From assembly GCA_963738225.1 (NCBI GenBank), contig CAVTVR010000007.1, positions 48,018 through 112,017 on the forward strand: a stretch of 64,000 nt of DNA, written 5' to 3'. The notes below the pieces were generated by a model. The model had not been told where the DNA came from, searched no databases, and saw only the letters and a list, made by a program, of their open reading frames with translations. Source of the stretch: an uncultured Verrucomicrobiae bacterium. Its GTDB lineage: Bacteria > Verrucomicrobiota > Verrucomicrobiia > Limisphaerales > UBA11358. Both the position numbers and the translations under genes were made by a program. Positions 1 to 8,691 of this stretch are shown in pieces (position 1 is the stretch's first letter; the number at the start of each line of letters is the position of its first letter).

Positions 1-2162
1 CTCAAGAGCGACGCCAACGCCGCGACAATCGCCACGCCCGCGCTCGGCCCGTCCTTTGGCGTCGCGCCGGCGGGAACGTGAATGTGCAAATCATGTTTGC
101 CGTAGTCGTCAAGATCGAGATCGAGTTTTTTGGCCTGCGAACGCAAATAACTGACTGCGGTTTGTGCGCTTTCCTTCATCACCTCGCCGAGCGAACCGGT
201 CAGCAGCAGGCCGCCGCGCCCGCGCATCCGCGTGGCTTCAATGAACAAAATATCGCCGCCGACGGGCGTCCACGCCAGGCCGGTGGCGATGCCGATTTCG
301 GTGATTTTTTCCGCGCTTTCGGAGACGAACTTCGGATGGCCGAGGTAGTTTCCCAAATCTTTCGCGTCGAGCTTGATGGTTTCCGCCGTGCCGTTTTTGG
401 CGATGATTTTGCGCGTGGCTTTGCGGGTGAGCGCGGCGATTTCGCGTTCGAGCTGGCGCACGCCGGCTTCGCGCGTGTATTCGCGGATGAGTTCGCGCAG
501 CACGGCGTCGGAAAACTTCACATCGCTCTTCGTCAGGCCGTGCTCCTCAATCTGGCGCGGCACGAGAAAGCGTTTGGCGATCTGCAATTTTTCCGACTCG
601 GTGTAGCTCGGCAGTTCGATCACTTCCAGCCGGTCGCGCAGTGCGGGATGAATCGGCTCCATCCAGTTCGCGGTGGCAATGAACAGCACGCGCGACAAAT
701 CGAACGGCAAATCCAGATAATGATCGGTGAACGTGTGGTTCTGCGCCGGATCGAGCACTTCAAGCAGCGCCGCCGCCGGGTCGCCGCGAAAATCCGCGCC
801 GACCTTGTCGAGTTCGTCGAGCAGAATCACGGGATTGCAGCTTTCGATGCGGCGGAGCGTCTGGATGATTCTTCCGGGCATCGCGCCGACGTAAGTGCGG
901 CGGTGGCCGCGAATCTCCGCCTCGTCGCGCATTCCACCCAATGAAATCCGCGCGAATTTGCGGCCCAGCGCATCGGCGACGCTTTTGCCGAGCGACGTTT
1001 TGCCGACGCCGGGCGGGCCGACGAGGCAGAGGATCGGACCTTTGATTTGTTTGCGGCGTTTGAGCACGGCGAGAAATTCCAGCAGCCGATCCTTGATTTT
1101 TCCGAGGCCGAAATGCTGGTCGTTGAGGATTTTTTCGGCCGTCTTCAAGTCCAGCTTGTCGTCGGTGGCCGTTTCCCACGGCAGGCTCAAAATCCAATCG
1201 AGGTAGTTGCGCGCGACGCCGTATTCGGCGGCGGCGGGCGGCGTCTGCTGGAGCCGTTCGAGTTCCTGCTCGGCAGCTTTGCGCGCCTCGGCGGGCATTG
1301 GCGTCTTTTCGATTTTTTCGCGGAGCGTTTTGATTTCGCCGCTGTTGGTTTCGCCGTCGCCGAGTTCGCGCTGGATGACGCGCAACTGTTCGCGCAGGAA
1401 AAAATCGCGCTGGGTCTTGGCGATGGAGGTGGCGACGTCGCTCTGGATTTTGGAACTCAACGTCAGGACTTCCTGCTCGCGGTTGAGCATCGGCAGAAGC
1501 GTCTGGAGCCGTTCGCGGACGGAAACCATTTCGAGCAGTTTCTGACGGTCGGGGAGCGGCAAATTCAGGTTCGCGGCGATCAGATCGGCGAAGTGGCCTG
1601 GATGTTCGGTGTTCAGCGCGGCGATTTTCACCTGGTCGGTGAGCGCGGTGGACATTTTGGCGATTTCCTCAAACTGCTTGTGCGCGTTGCGGAGCATGGC
1701 CTGCAGTTCGACGGTGTCCTCGGCCTCGTCGCGCAACAGTTCGTAGCTGGCGTGCAGATACGGCGCGGGCGGGGAAAAGGTTTTGATGCGGATGCGCCAC
1801 AGTCCTTCGATGAGCACGCGCACGGTGCCGTCGGGAAATTTCACCATTTTCGTCAGGCGCGAGACGCAGCCGACGCTGTGCAGATCGTCCGGGCCGGGTT
1901 CCGCGACATCCGGATTGCGCTGCAACACCGCGCCGAGCAGTCGGTCGCCGACGACGAGATCGTCCACGAGCTTGAGGCTGGGGCCGGTTTCGACGAGCAG
2001 CGGCACGACCGCGCCGGGGAAAATGACGATGTCGGACAAACCCAGAATCGGCAACGTCTCCGGCAGTGAACGCGAAGAAAAGCGGTTGGGCACGTCGGAT
2101 TTCTCACCCGTGCCGAGGATGCTGATAAATTCTGTTTCTGGCGGTGTTTCTTTCAAATTCAT
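1..2162 (-). CDS. lon: ATP-dependent Lon protease, C-terminal end cut by the window start
   Basis: Own minus-strand translation from ATG 2162-2160 (MNLKETPPETEF...) stays open to position 1. It shows Walker A GPPGVGKTSLGKS and the catalytic-Ser segment HIHVPAGATPKDGPSAG. It is absent from the ORF track because no stop is reached. The + ORFs 78-944 and 1047-2069 are antisense shadows. Confidence 0.93.
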   Translation of the reverse strand, partial: MNLKETPPETEFISILGTGEKSDVPNRFSSRSLPETLPILGLSDIVIFPGAVVPLLVETGPSLKLVDDLVVGDRLLGAVLQRNPDVAEPGPDDLHSVGCVSRLTKMVKFPDGTVRVLIEGLWRIRIKTFSPPAPYLHASYELLRDEAEDTVELQAMLRNAHKQFEEIAKMSTALTDQVKIAALNTEHPGHFADLIAANLNLPLPDRQKLLEMVSVRERLQTLLPMLNREQEVLTLSSKIQSDVATSIAKTQRDFFLREQLRVIQRELGDGETNSGEIKTLREKIEKTPMPAEARKAAEQELERLQQTPPAAAEYGVARNYLDWILSLPWETATDDKLDLKTAEKILNDQHFGLGKIKDRLLEFLAVLKRRKQIKGPILCLVGPPGVGKTSLGKSVADALGRKFARISLGGMRDEAEIRGHRRTYVGAMPGRIIQTLRRIESCNPVILLDELDKVGADFRGDPAAALLEVLDPAQNHTFTDHYLDLPFDLSRVLFIATANWMEPIHPALRDRLEVIELPSYTESEKLQIAKRFLVPRQIEEHGLTKSDVKFSDAVLRELIREYTREAGVRQLEREIAALTRKATRKIIAKNGTAETIKLDAKDLGNYLGHPKFVSESAEKITEIGIATGLAWTPVGGDILFIEATRMRGRGGLLLTGSLGEVMKESAQTAVSYLRSQAKKLDLDLDDYGKHDLHIHVPAGATPKDGPSAGVAIVAALASLL

Positions 2163-2212
2163 CGTCGTGTCAACAGCCGACTGATTCCCTGTGCCCGGAA
2201 ATGCCTGCGCGT

Positions 2213-2635
2213 TCAGGCTCCTTCGGAAATGGGGACTTTGGTCGTTTTGGTTTGCGGTTGATGCGCGGGCGGCACATCCACACGCAGAAAACCATTCACG
2301 TAAATCGCCTTGGCCCGGGTCAGGTCAAATCCCGCCGGCAAGTCCAGCGCCGCTTCAAACGGCCCGTAGCTGATCTCCATCACCAGAAAACTGCAGTGCG
2401 GCGCGCGGCAGCAGTCCGGCCGGACGCCGGTGATGCGCAGGCGCTGGCCTTCGACGATGATTTCGAGGCTGTCGCTTTTCATGCCGGCCAGCTCGACCTT
2501 GATGACCAGGCCGGTCTCGCTGACATAAACATCGGTGTGCGGCGTCCAGCGCCCCGTGGCGGTTTCGCCCGATCCGCCCATCGCGGATTTGTGGGAAACG
2601 AAATGGATTGTGGAACTGACTTTGGTGACGGCCAT
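2213..2635 (-). CDS. Hsp20/alpha-crystallin family small heat-shock protein
   Basis: ORF 2213-2860 trimmed to the internal ATG at 2635 (MAVTKVSS..., 140 aa). Alpha-crystallin-like core GLVIKVELAGMKSDSLEIIVEGQRLRITG...AIYVNGFLRVDVP. Adjacent to lon. Confidence 0.82.
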   Translation of the reverse strand: MAVTKVSSTIHFVSHKSAMGGSGETATGRWTPHTDVYVSETGLVIKVELAGMKSDSLEIIVEGQRLRITGVRPDCCRAPHCSFLVMEISYGPFEAALDLPAGFDLTRAKAIYVNGFLRVDVPPAHQPQTKTTKVPISEGA

Positions 2636-2667
2636 GACTTGAGTTTTTCTGCTAATGGTTGAACCGT

Positions 2668-2826
2668 TCAGCGCGCGGTGTTTTCTTTCTTGGCCTCGGA
2701 ATCGTGCCGGTGCGAACAGCCGGATTGGCAGCCGCAGCCGCCGGTTTTTTTGCCGGAACTGCGCCACACAAAAAACACCACGGCGACCAAGACAATGACC
2801 AATGGAAGAAACTGCTGCCAATTCAT
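2668..2826 (-). CDS. small Cys-rich membrane protein (FeoB-associated Cys-rich type)
   Basis: Last 52 codons of ORF 2668-3408 from ATG 2826. One TM helix (FLPLVIVLVAVVFFVW) followed by a GGCGCQSGCSH tail. The family pattern is recalled from memory, and the ORF is short, so this is uncertain. Confidence 0.4.
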   Translation of the reverse strand: MNWQQFLPLVIVLVAVVFFVWRSSGKKTGGCGCQSGCSHRHDSEAKKENTAR

Positions 2827-2991
2827 GCAGCCAACATAACCGTAAAAGCCAATCGCGCAACTGTGATTTTTTAGTTCACAATCCTGCTCAAAATTGCCAT
2901 TGCGGTGACAAAAAAAGTTGATGCCAATCATAAAAAAGACGCCTTCAGTTTTCAGCGTTGAACTTTTGGGCGGGGTCTTTACGCTGCGCGC

Positions 2992-3414
2992 ATGGCTGAA
3001 CCGTTCCGTCACCCGCACCGCGTCTCCTACGCCGAATGCACCCTCGGCGACCACATTTACCATTCGCGCTATCTGGATTTGCTGGAAGCCGCGCGCGGCG
3101 AATTCATGCGGTCGCTTGGCTCGCCGGTTTTGGAATTGCAGGCTGCCGACTATATTTTCCCCATCATCGAAGCGCGGCTGCGCTACAAATTGCCCGCGCG
3201 CTACGACGACCTGCTGACGATTGAAGTGTGGCTGACGCGCGTCGAGCGCGTGCGGCTGAACTTTGGCCACCGCATTTTGAACCAGAATGGAAAACTCATT
3301 CTCGAAGCCGAAACATTCCACTGCTGCACCAGCCGCGAGGAAAAGCCGAAACGGTTGCCGGAAGAACTGGTGGGAAAATTGAAACCGTATTCGGACCCAA
3401 TGATTCAAAAGTGA
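2992..3414 (+). CDS. acyl-CoA thioesterase, 4HBT/YbgC hot-dog family
   Basis: 140-aa ORF. HRVSYAECTLGDHIYHSRYLDLLEAARGEFM and TIEVWLTRV...FGHRI match the YbgC/4HBT pattern. Confidence 0.78.
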   Translation: MAEPFRHPHRVSYAECTLGDHIYHSRYLDLLEAARGEFMRSLGSPVLELQAADYIFPIIEARLRYKLPARYDDLLTIEVWLTRVERVRLNFGHRILNQNGKLILEAETFHCCTSREEKPKRLPEELVGKLKPYSDPMIQK

Positions 3415-3579
3415 AAGATGACGATTTCCGAATACATCGTGACCGCTTTACTCGTTGGCGTTTTTATTTGTGCGATTTTATACGATCCCAAAAACTAATT
3501 TGTGGTTACAAAATGGTTTGCAAAGTCAAGCGTTGGGACTATAATCGCGAAACCCGCAAGCAAGACTAAATTTGACGCC

Positions 3580-5229
3580 ATGAAAAACAGGTCAAATGGG
3601 AAATCCCGAGTAAAAGCTTACTTCTGTCGGATTGAATCGGCTTTGTGCATAACGGCAGTGCTCGTTGGGTCCAGGATAAACGCCCAAGCCCAGAGCAGTC
3701 AGCCTCTGGGCACAATCACGGGCTGGGGAAGCAACGGCAGCGGCGAAAGCACAGCCCCTGCGGATCTGAACGGCATCATTGCCATTGGTGGCGGGGGGTG
3801 GGGCAGCCTGGCGCTCAAGTCCGACGGGACAGTAATGCCTTGGGGAGACAATTCCGGAGATCGGAATGTAGTGCCTGAGGGATTAGCCGGCGTGTCAGCC
3901 ATTGCTGTAGGATGGCTGCACAATCTTGTTCTCAAGACCGATGGCACGGTGGTGGCTTGGGGCTATAACAGCGAGGGCGAGGGCGCGGTGCCGTCAGGCT
4001 TGGCCGACGTTGTAGCCATCGCGGCTGGTGGTTGGCACAATATTGCTCTCAAATCTACCGGAATAGCCGTTGCTTGGGGAGATGATGGCTACGGACAATG
4101 CAGAGTGCCCCAGGGCTTGAGCGGGATAACACAAATTGCCGGAGGAGGATTTCATACGCTCGCGCTTTTGACCAATGGCACTGTGGTTGCCTGGGGCGAC
4201 AACTTTAACAACTGGGGGGCATTTGTGGGCCAGAGCTTCGTCCCGCCCGGCTTGTCCGGGGTTGTAGCCATTGCCGCTGGAGGATACCATAGTCTGGCGC
4301 TCAAGACCGACGGAACAGTTGTCGCGTGGGGAGAGAACTTTTACGGACAGAGCAGCGTGCCAGACGGGCTACAGCATGTCATAGCGATCGCCGCAGGCTA
4401 TAGGCACAGTTTAGCGCTCAAAGCTAATGGCACCGTCGTGGCTTGGGGAGACAATTCTTACGGCCAAAGCATGGTGCCAGGCGGGTTGAATGGTGTCATT
4501 AGGATCGCGGCAGGGTATGAACACAGCCTAGCCTTGGTTTCAGAAATTCCGAGCGTGTCAACTCCATCAAGTCAAACAGCGGAGACGGACTCCTCAGTCA
4601 CGTTTAGAGTGCGCGGTGCCGGCACCCCCCCGCTCTACTACAAGTGGTTTTTCAACGCCACCAACGCCATCGGCAGCGCCACGACCAACTCTGGCCTCCA
4701 CTTGGCCAACGTCCAACCAGACAACGCTGGGGCTTACACAGTGGTTGTCACCAATGTGTTTGCAGCCGTCACCAGCGCGCCGGCCATGCTCAACATCATC
4801 CCGCCCGTTGAGCGACGGGCTGTCCCGGCACTGCAGCTGCTCGGCCAGCCAGGAAGCCTATTGCGCCTGGATTACGCCGATGCCCTCGCCCCGGAGCCAG
4901 CTTGGTCATCTCTGGCCGTAGTCTCAATGCCGAGTGCCTCGCAATTCTATTTTGACACCTCCACACCATCCCCCCTACAGCGGTTTTACCGCGCCAGTCA
5001 GAGTGGCACCTCTAATGGCGCTCCGACACTAAGCCTCACTATTGTGCCCGCCATCACAGTGACGGGCACGCCCGGCGGCCAACTGCGGGTGGACGCGATC
5101 AATGCCATTGGGCCTACCGACGCTTGGTTTCAGCTCGGCACGCTAATCCTTACCAATACCTCGCAACTTTATTTTGACGTCACCGCACCTGGACAACCGA
5201 CCCGTCTATACCGATGCGTGCCCTTATAA
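3580..5229 (+). CDS. secreted RCC1-repeat (beta-propeller) protein with Ig-like C-terminal region
   Basis: Seven consecutive blades of the form VAWG.N..GQ..VP.GL..V.AIAAG..HSLALK.DGTV. Start moved from GTG 3502 to ATG 3580 (MKNRSNGK...INAQAQS, signal-like). Confidence 0.8.
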   Translation: MKNRSNGKSRVKAYFCRIESALCITAVLVGSRINAQAQSSQPLGTITGWGSNGSGESTAPADLNGIIAIGGGGWGSLALKSDGTVMPWGDNSGDRNVVPEGLAGVSAIAVGWLHNLVLKTDGTVVAWGYNSEGEGAVPSGLADVVAIAAGGWHNIALKSTGIAVAWGDDGYGQCRVPQGLSGITQIAGGGFHTLALLTNGTVVAWGDNFNNWGAFVGQSFVPPGLSGVVAIAAGGYHSLALKTDGTVVAWGENFYGQSSVPDGLQHVIAIAAGYRHSLALKANGTVVAWGDNSYGQSMVPGGLNGVIRIAAGYEHSLALVSEIPSVSTPSSQTAETDSSVTFRVRGAGTPPLYYKWFFNATNAIGSATTNSGLHLANVQPDNAGAYTVVVTNVFAAVTSAPAMLNIIPPVERRAVPALQLLGQPGSLLRLDYADALAPEPAWSSLAVVSMPSASQFYFDTSTPSPLQRFYRASQSGTSNGAPTLSLTIVPAITVTGTPGGQLRVDAINAIGPTDAWFQLGTLILTNTSQLYFDVTAPGQPTRLYRCVPL

Positions 5230-5324
5230 GCCCCAGCCCAGCCACGTGCCTTATGATCCGCGCGCGCTGAACCAAGGTTTCCCGTCACGACTTCGTGGAC
5301 TGGTTGCCATAGTTTGGGCGGAAA

Positions 5325-5399
5325 TGTGAGGATTGGTGAGAAAGTGAAGTTGAGAAAAGCCAATGAAATCAATGGGTGAGGACGTGTGAGGATTCGTGA
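5325..5399. repeat. direct repeat TGTGAGGATT(G/C)GTGA x2 in the gap upstream of purF
   Basis: Copies at 5325-5339 and 5385-5399, with a related GGTGAGGACG at 5375-5384. Confidence 0.4.
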
Positions 5400-5462
5400 A
5401 AACAGCATCCACCAAATTTCAAATCAGGATACTGGCTGTTTTCATTCCGACTTGCGCCCTTC

Positions 5463-6980
5463 ATGCCTGTCTGCAAAAATTCAGCGACGCGCGCGATGCA
5501 AAGAGAGCCACACAATTATCCCAAACATTATTGCGGAGTCTTCGGCGTTTTCGGCCATCCGAACGCCGCCGAACTGGCCTACTACGGCCTTTACGCGCTC
5601 CAGCATCGCGGCCAGGAAAGCGCCGGCATCGTCACCTGCCACGACGGAAAATTTTTCAAGCATCACGGCATGGGCCTCGTGCCCCAGATTTTCAACGACC
5701 CGAAAATTTTGCACGACCTGATCGGCGAAATGGCCATCGGCCACACCCGTTATTCCACCACCGGCTCGTCGCAGTTGTCCAACGCCCAGCCGCTCACCGT
5801 GGATTGCGCGCGCGGACAAATCGCTGTCGCGCACAACGGCAACCTGACCAATGCCGCCGTGCTGCGCGACGAGTTGGAATCGCGGGGACTTGTTTTCCAA
5901 ACCAGCGTGGACAGCGAGATCATCATCATGATGCTCGCCCAGCCGGAAATGGGCGGCGTGGCCAATTCGCTCGTCCACACGCTGCGCCGCATCGAAGGCG
6001 CGTTCTCGCTCGTCATCATGACCGAAAAGGAACTGATCGGGGCGCGCGACCCGCACGGGTTCCGGCCGCTTTCCATCGGGCGCACGGCGGAAGGCGCGTA
6101 TGTGCTTTCCAGCGAGACAACCGCGTTTGATTTAATCCACGCGCAATTCATCCGTGACGTGGCGCCCGGTGAAATTGTCATCATCAACGAAAAGGGGCTG
6201 ACGAGCATTCAGGCGTTTCCCGACCAGCAGAAACGCGCGTTCTGCATTTTTGAATACGTTTATTTCGCGCGGCCCGACAGCGTCATCAACGGCCACAGTG
6301 TCTATGAAGTCCGCAAAGAAATGGGCCGCCAGCTTGCGCGCGAGCACAATGTCAAAGCCGATCTGGTAATTCCCGTGCCCGACTCCGGCGTGTGCGCCGC
6401 GATGGGCTATGCCGAGGAATCTCGCATCCCCTACGAAATGGCGTTCATCCGCAACCATTACGTCGGGCGCAGTTTTCTCCAGCCCACGCAACTCATCCGC
6501 GATTTCAACGTCCGCGTGAAGCTCAACCTCATCGAGTCGCTTGTGAAAGACAAACGCGTGGTGATCGTGGACGACTCCATCGTGCGCGGGACGACGTGCC
6601 GTGCGCGGGTGAAGACGCTCAAGGAAGCCGGCGCGCGTGAGGTTCACGTTGCCGTCAGTTGTCCGCCGCACATGAACCCGTGCGTCTATGGCATAGATTT
6701 TCCCGACCGCAGCAAGCTGATGGCCGCGAACAATACCGTGGACGAAATCCGCCGATACTTAAACGCCGACTCGCTGCATTATCTGTCGCAGGCCGGCATG
6801 GTGGCGGCCACCGGCCAGCCGGCGGAAGTGTTCTGCATGGCGTGTTACAATGGCAATTATCCGGTGGCCTATGATCCGATGCAGGACAAGCACATCATCG
6901 AGCGCCGCCGCAAACAGACGCAAACCCTCGGCGAGGCCGCCGCGCGGGAGAATGAGCAGATCAAGCTGTTGCCGGTTTGA
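5463..6980 (+). CDS. purF: amidophosphoribosyltransferase
   Basis: N-terminal nucleophile CGVFGVFG, glutamine amidotransferase class II pattern and PRTase loop VVIVDDSIVRGTT. ATG 5496 (MQREPHNYPKHYC...) is an equally possible start. Confidence 0.95.
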   Translation: MPVCKNSATRAMQREPHNYPKHYCGVFGVFGHPNAAELAYYGLYALQHRGQESAGIVTCHDGKFFKHHGMGLVPQIFNDPKILHDLIGEMAIGHTRYSTTGSSQLSNAQPLTVDCARGQIAVAHNGNLTNAAVLRDELESRGLVFQTSVDSEIIIMMLAQPEMGGVANSLVHTLRRIEGAFSLVIMTEKELIGARDPHGFRPLSIGRTAEGAYVLSSETTAFDLIHAQFIRDVAPGEIVIINEKGLTSIQAFPDQQKRAFCIFEYVYFARPDSVINGHSVYEVRKEMGRQLAREHNVKADLVIPVPDSGVCAAMGYAEESRIPYEMAFIRNHYVGRSFLQPTQLIRDFNVRVKLNLIESLVKDKRVVIVDDSIVRGTTCRARVKTLKEAGAREVHVAVSCPPHMNPCVYGIDFPDRSKLMAANNTVDEIRRYLNADSLHYLSQAGMVAATGQPAEVFCMACYNGNYPVAYDPMQDKHIIERRRKQTQTLGEAAARENEQIKLLPV

Positions 6981-6995
6981 TGCCGGCGACGCAGG

Positions 6996-8567
6996 TCACA
7001 GCGCGTCGAACTCGCACGCGGCGTATTTGTCCAGTAGTTGGTTGTAAAGCTTCGCGGTCTGCTTGTCCGGGCGGATTTCGCTGCCGGGCACCGGCGCGGT
7101 AAAACCGGCCACCAGCTTTTCCCACTTCGGATTTTTGCCCGCCGCCGTCAACCAGCCGTGCGCGGCCTGCAACGCAGCGCCGAGCGCGGCGCTCTTGGAA
7201 ACTTCGATCCGCAGCACGCGGCATTGCATCACGTTGGCCAGCACCTGCAACAGGGCGGTGTTCTGTGCCGCGCCGCCGGTGACGAGGACTTTTTCCGGCG
7301 CGACCTGCATCCATTGCGAATGCAGCCGCATCGAAAGCATCTGCGCCTCGAAAATGGCGCGGCAGTTGGCGGCGGCATTGTTCTCGTCGAGATCAAAACG
7401 GTGAATGCCCGGCTGGTTCACGCGCGGGACAATTTCCGCCTCGAACCACGGCAGCAAAATCCCGCCGTTGTTGCCCGGCGGCGTCTGCTCCACGAGTTCG
7501 CCGAAATTTTTCCAGTCGGAAATCTTGTAAAGCTCGCGGATTTTTTCGCGCGCGAGCGAGCCGTTCTTGAAACAAATCAGCGTCAGGTAGCCGCCGGCGG
7601 GCGAGCCGAAGACGTGGCCTTCGCCGCTCTCATCCGTCTGGCATTTTTCCATCGTGCCGAAAAACGTGTCGCTCGTGCCGAGGCTGATGGCCACTAGGCC
7701 GGGCTGGATGAGTCCCAGACCGATGACGCTCGCCGGATTGTCGCCGGTCCAGACGGTGGCGACGGCTTCGGGATTCAACCCGAATTTCTGGACGAAGTAG
7801 GCGCTGACCGGGCCGATGACCTGGCCTGAATCTGCCAGCGGCGGCAGTTTTTTCGTCAGGCTCGGAGCGGTGGCTTTGAGCGCGTCGTGGTTCCAGTTTT
7901 TCCGGCGGATGTCCATGAGGTTCATGCCCGCGCCGTCACCGAAATCAATCGGCGCGATTTTCCCCGCGAGCAGCGAGGCCATGAACGAACTGACCAGCGC
8001 GATGTGCGCGGTCTTGGCAAAGGCCTTCGGCTCGGTCTTGTAAAACTTGCGAATTTGCGGGCCGGTGAAACGCTCGAACGTGTCCGAACCGGTGCGCGAG
8101 GCGGTGAACTTAATGCCGCCGAGTTTTTTGCGGATTTCGGAACATTCCTTCGCCGTGGAAGAATCCATCCAGATGGGCGAAGTTTTGCGCGCGAACACGC
8201 CGGTGAGATTTTCCACCAGCGATTTTTTGGGATCAAGATTGGCCAGCGCCGGCTCCGCTTTTTCGTTGAGATAAACCGAGCCGTGTTGCTGGCCGCTGCC
8301 GCTGATGGCGAGAATGTTTCCGAGCGCGACACCGTCGGTTTTCATCTGCGCGAACAGCAGGTCGAGCGCGGCGGCCCAGAGCAGCGGCGAACTGTGCTTG
8401 ACCAACGGATCGCGGCAGGGCAGCACGCCGTTTTTGGTTTTGAACTGCGGCAGCGCCTGGTCGAAGTTGATTGATTTTTCGTAGATGACTTTGCGCGTAT
8501 CGAGGTCAATGACGACGGCGCTCAAGCTTTGTGTGCTGGAATCGAGTCCGAGAAATAATCTGGCCAT
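6996..8567 (-). CDS. FGGY-family sugar kinase, xylulokinase-like
   Basis: ORF 6996-8693 trimmed to ATG 8567 (MARLFLGLDSSTQS...). FGGY N- and C-domain motifs are present (GLDSSTQS, VLVTGGAAQN). Overall it resembles eukaryote-type xylulokinases. Confidence 0.83.
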   Translation of the reverse strand: MARLFLGLDSSTQSLSAVVIDLDTRKVIYEKSINFDQALPQFKTKNGVLPCRDPLVKHSSPLLWAAALDLLFAQMKTDGVALGNILAISGSGQQHGSVYLNEKAEPALANLDPKKSLVENLTGVFARKTSPIWMDSSTAKECSEIRKKLGGIKFTASRTGSDTFERFTGPQIRKFYKTEPKAFAKTAHIALVSSFMASLLAGKIAPIDFGDGAGMNLMDIRRKNWNHDALKATAPSLTKKLPPLADSGQVIGPVSAYFVQKFGLNPEAVATVWTGDNPASVIGLGLIQPGLVAISLGTSDTFFGTMEKCQTDESGEGHVFGSPAGGYLTLICFKNGSLAREKIRELYKISDWKNFGELVEQTPPGNNGGILLPWFEAEIVPRVNQPGIHRFDLDENNAAANCRAIFEAQMLSMRLHSQWMQVAPEKVLVTGGAAQNTALLQVLANVMQCRVLRIEVSKSAALGAALQAAHGWLTAAGKNPKWEKLVAGFTAPVPGSEIRPDKQTAKLYNQLLDKYAACEFDAL

Positions 8568-8691
8568 ATCGCACAGACTATCCAAAACACGGGCGTTTGG
8601 CGAATGTAAAAAATGCGGGGTCGCCCGCCTCATCGCGGTCCCGGCTTTCCAAGCCGGCGCTGATGAATTAAATTTCCGCACTCTCGAAACC

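Noticed and set aside
78-2069. Long + strand ORFs (78-944, 1047-2069 and nested ones).
   Set aside because: Their translations are low-complexity Arg/Ala/Gly/Phe-rich antisense products. The minus strand gives an uninterrupted Lon protease with all its motifs.
2827-3408. The N-terminal 194 codons of minus-strand ORF 2668-3408.
   Set aside because: This part runs antisense to the well-supported thioesterase gene (2992-3414). Only the last 52 codons look like a real small membrane protein.
3418-3498. A 26-codon hydrophobic ORF (MTISEYIVTALLVGVFICAILYDPKN) just after the thioesterase stop.
   Set aside because: It is too short to support from sequence alone, and I see no recognisable family or ribosome-binding site.
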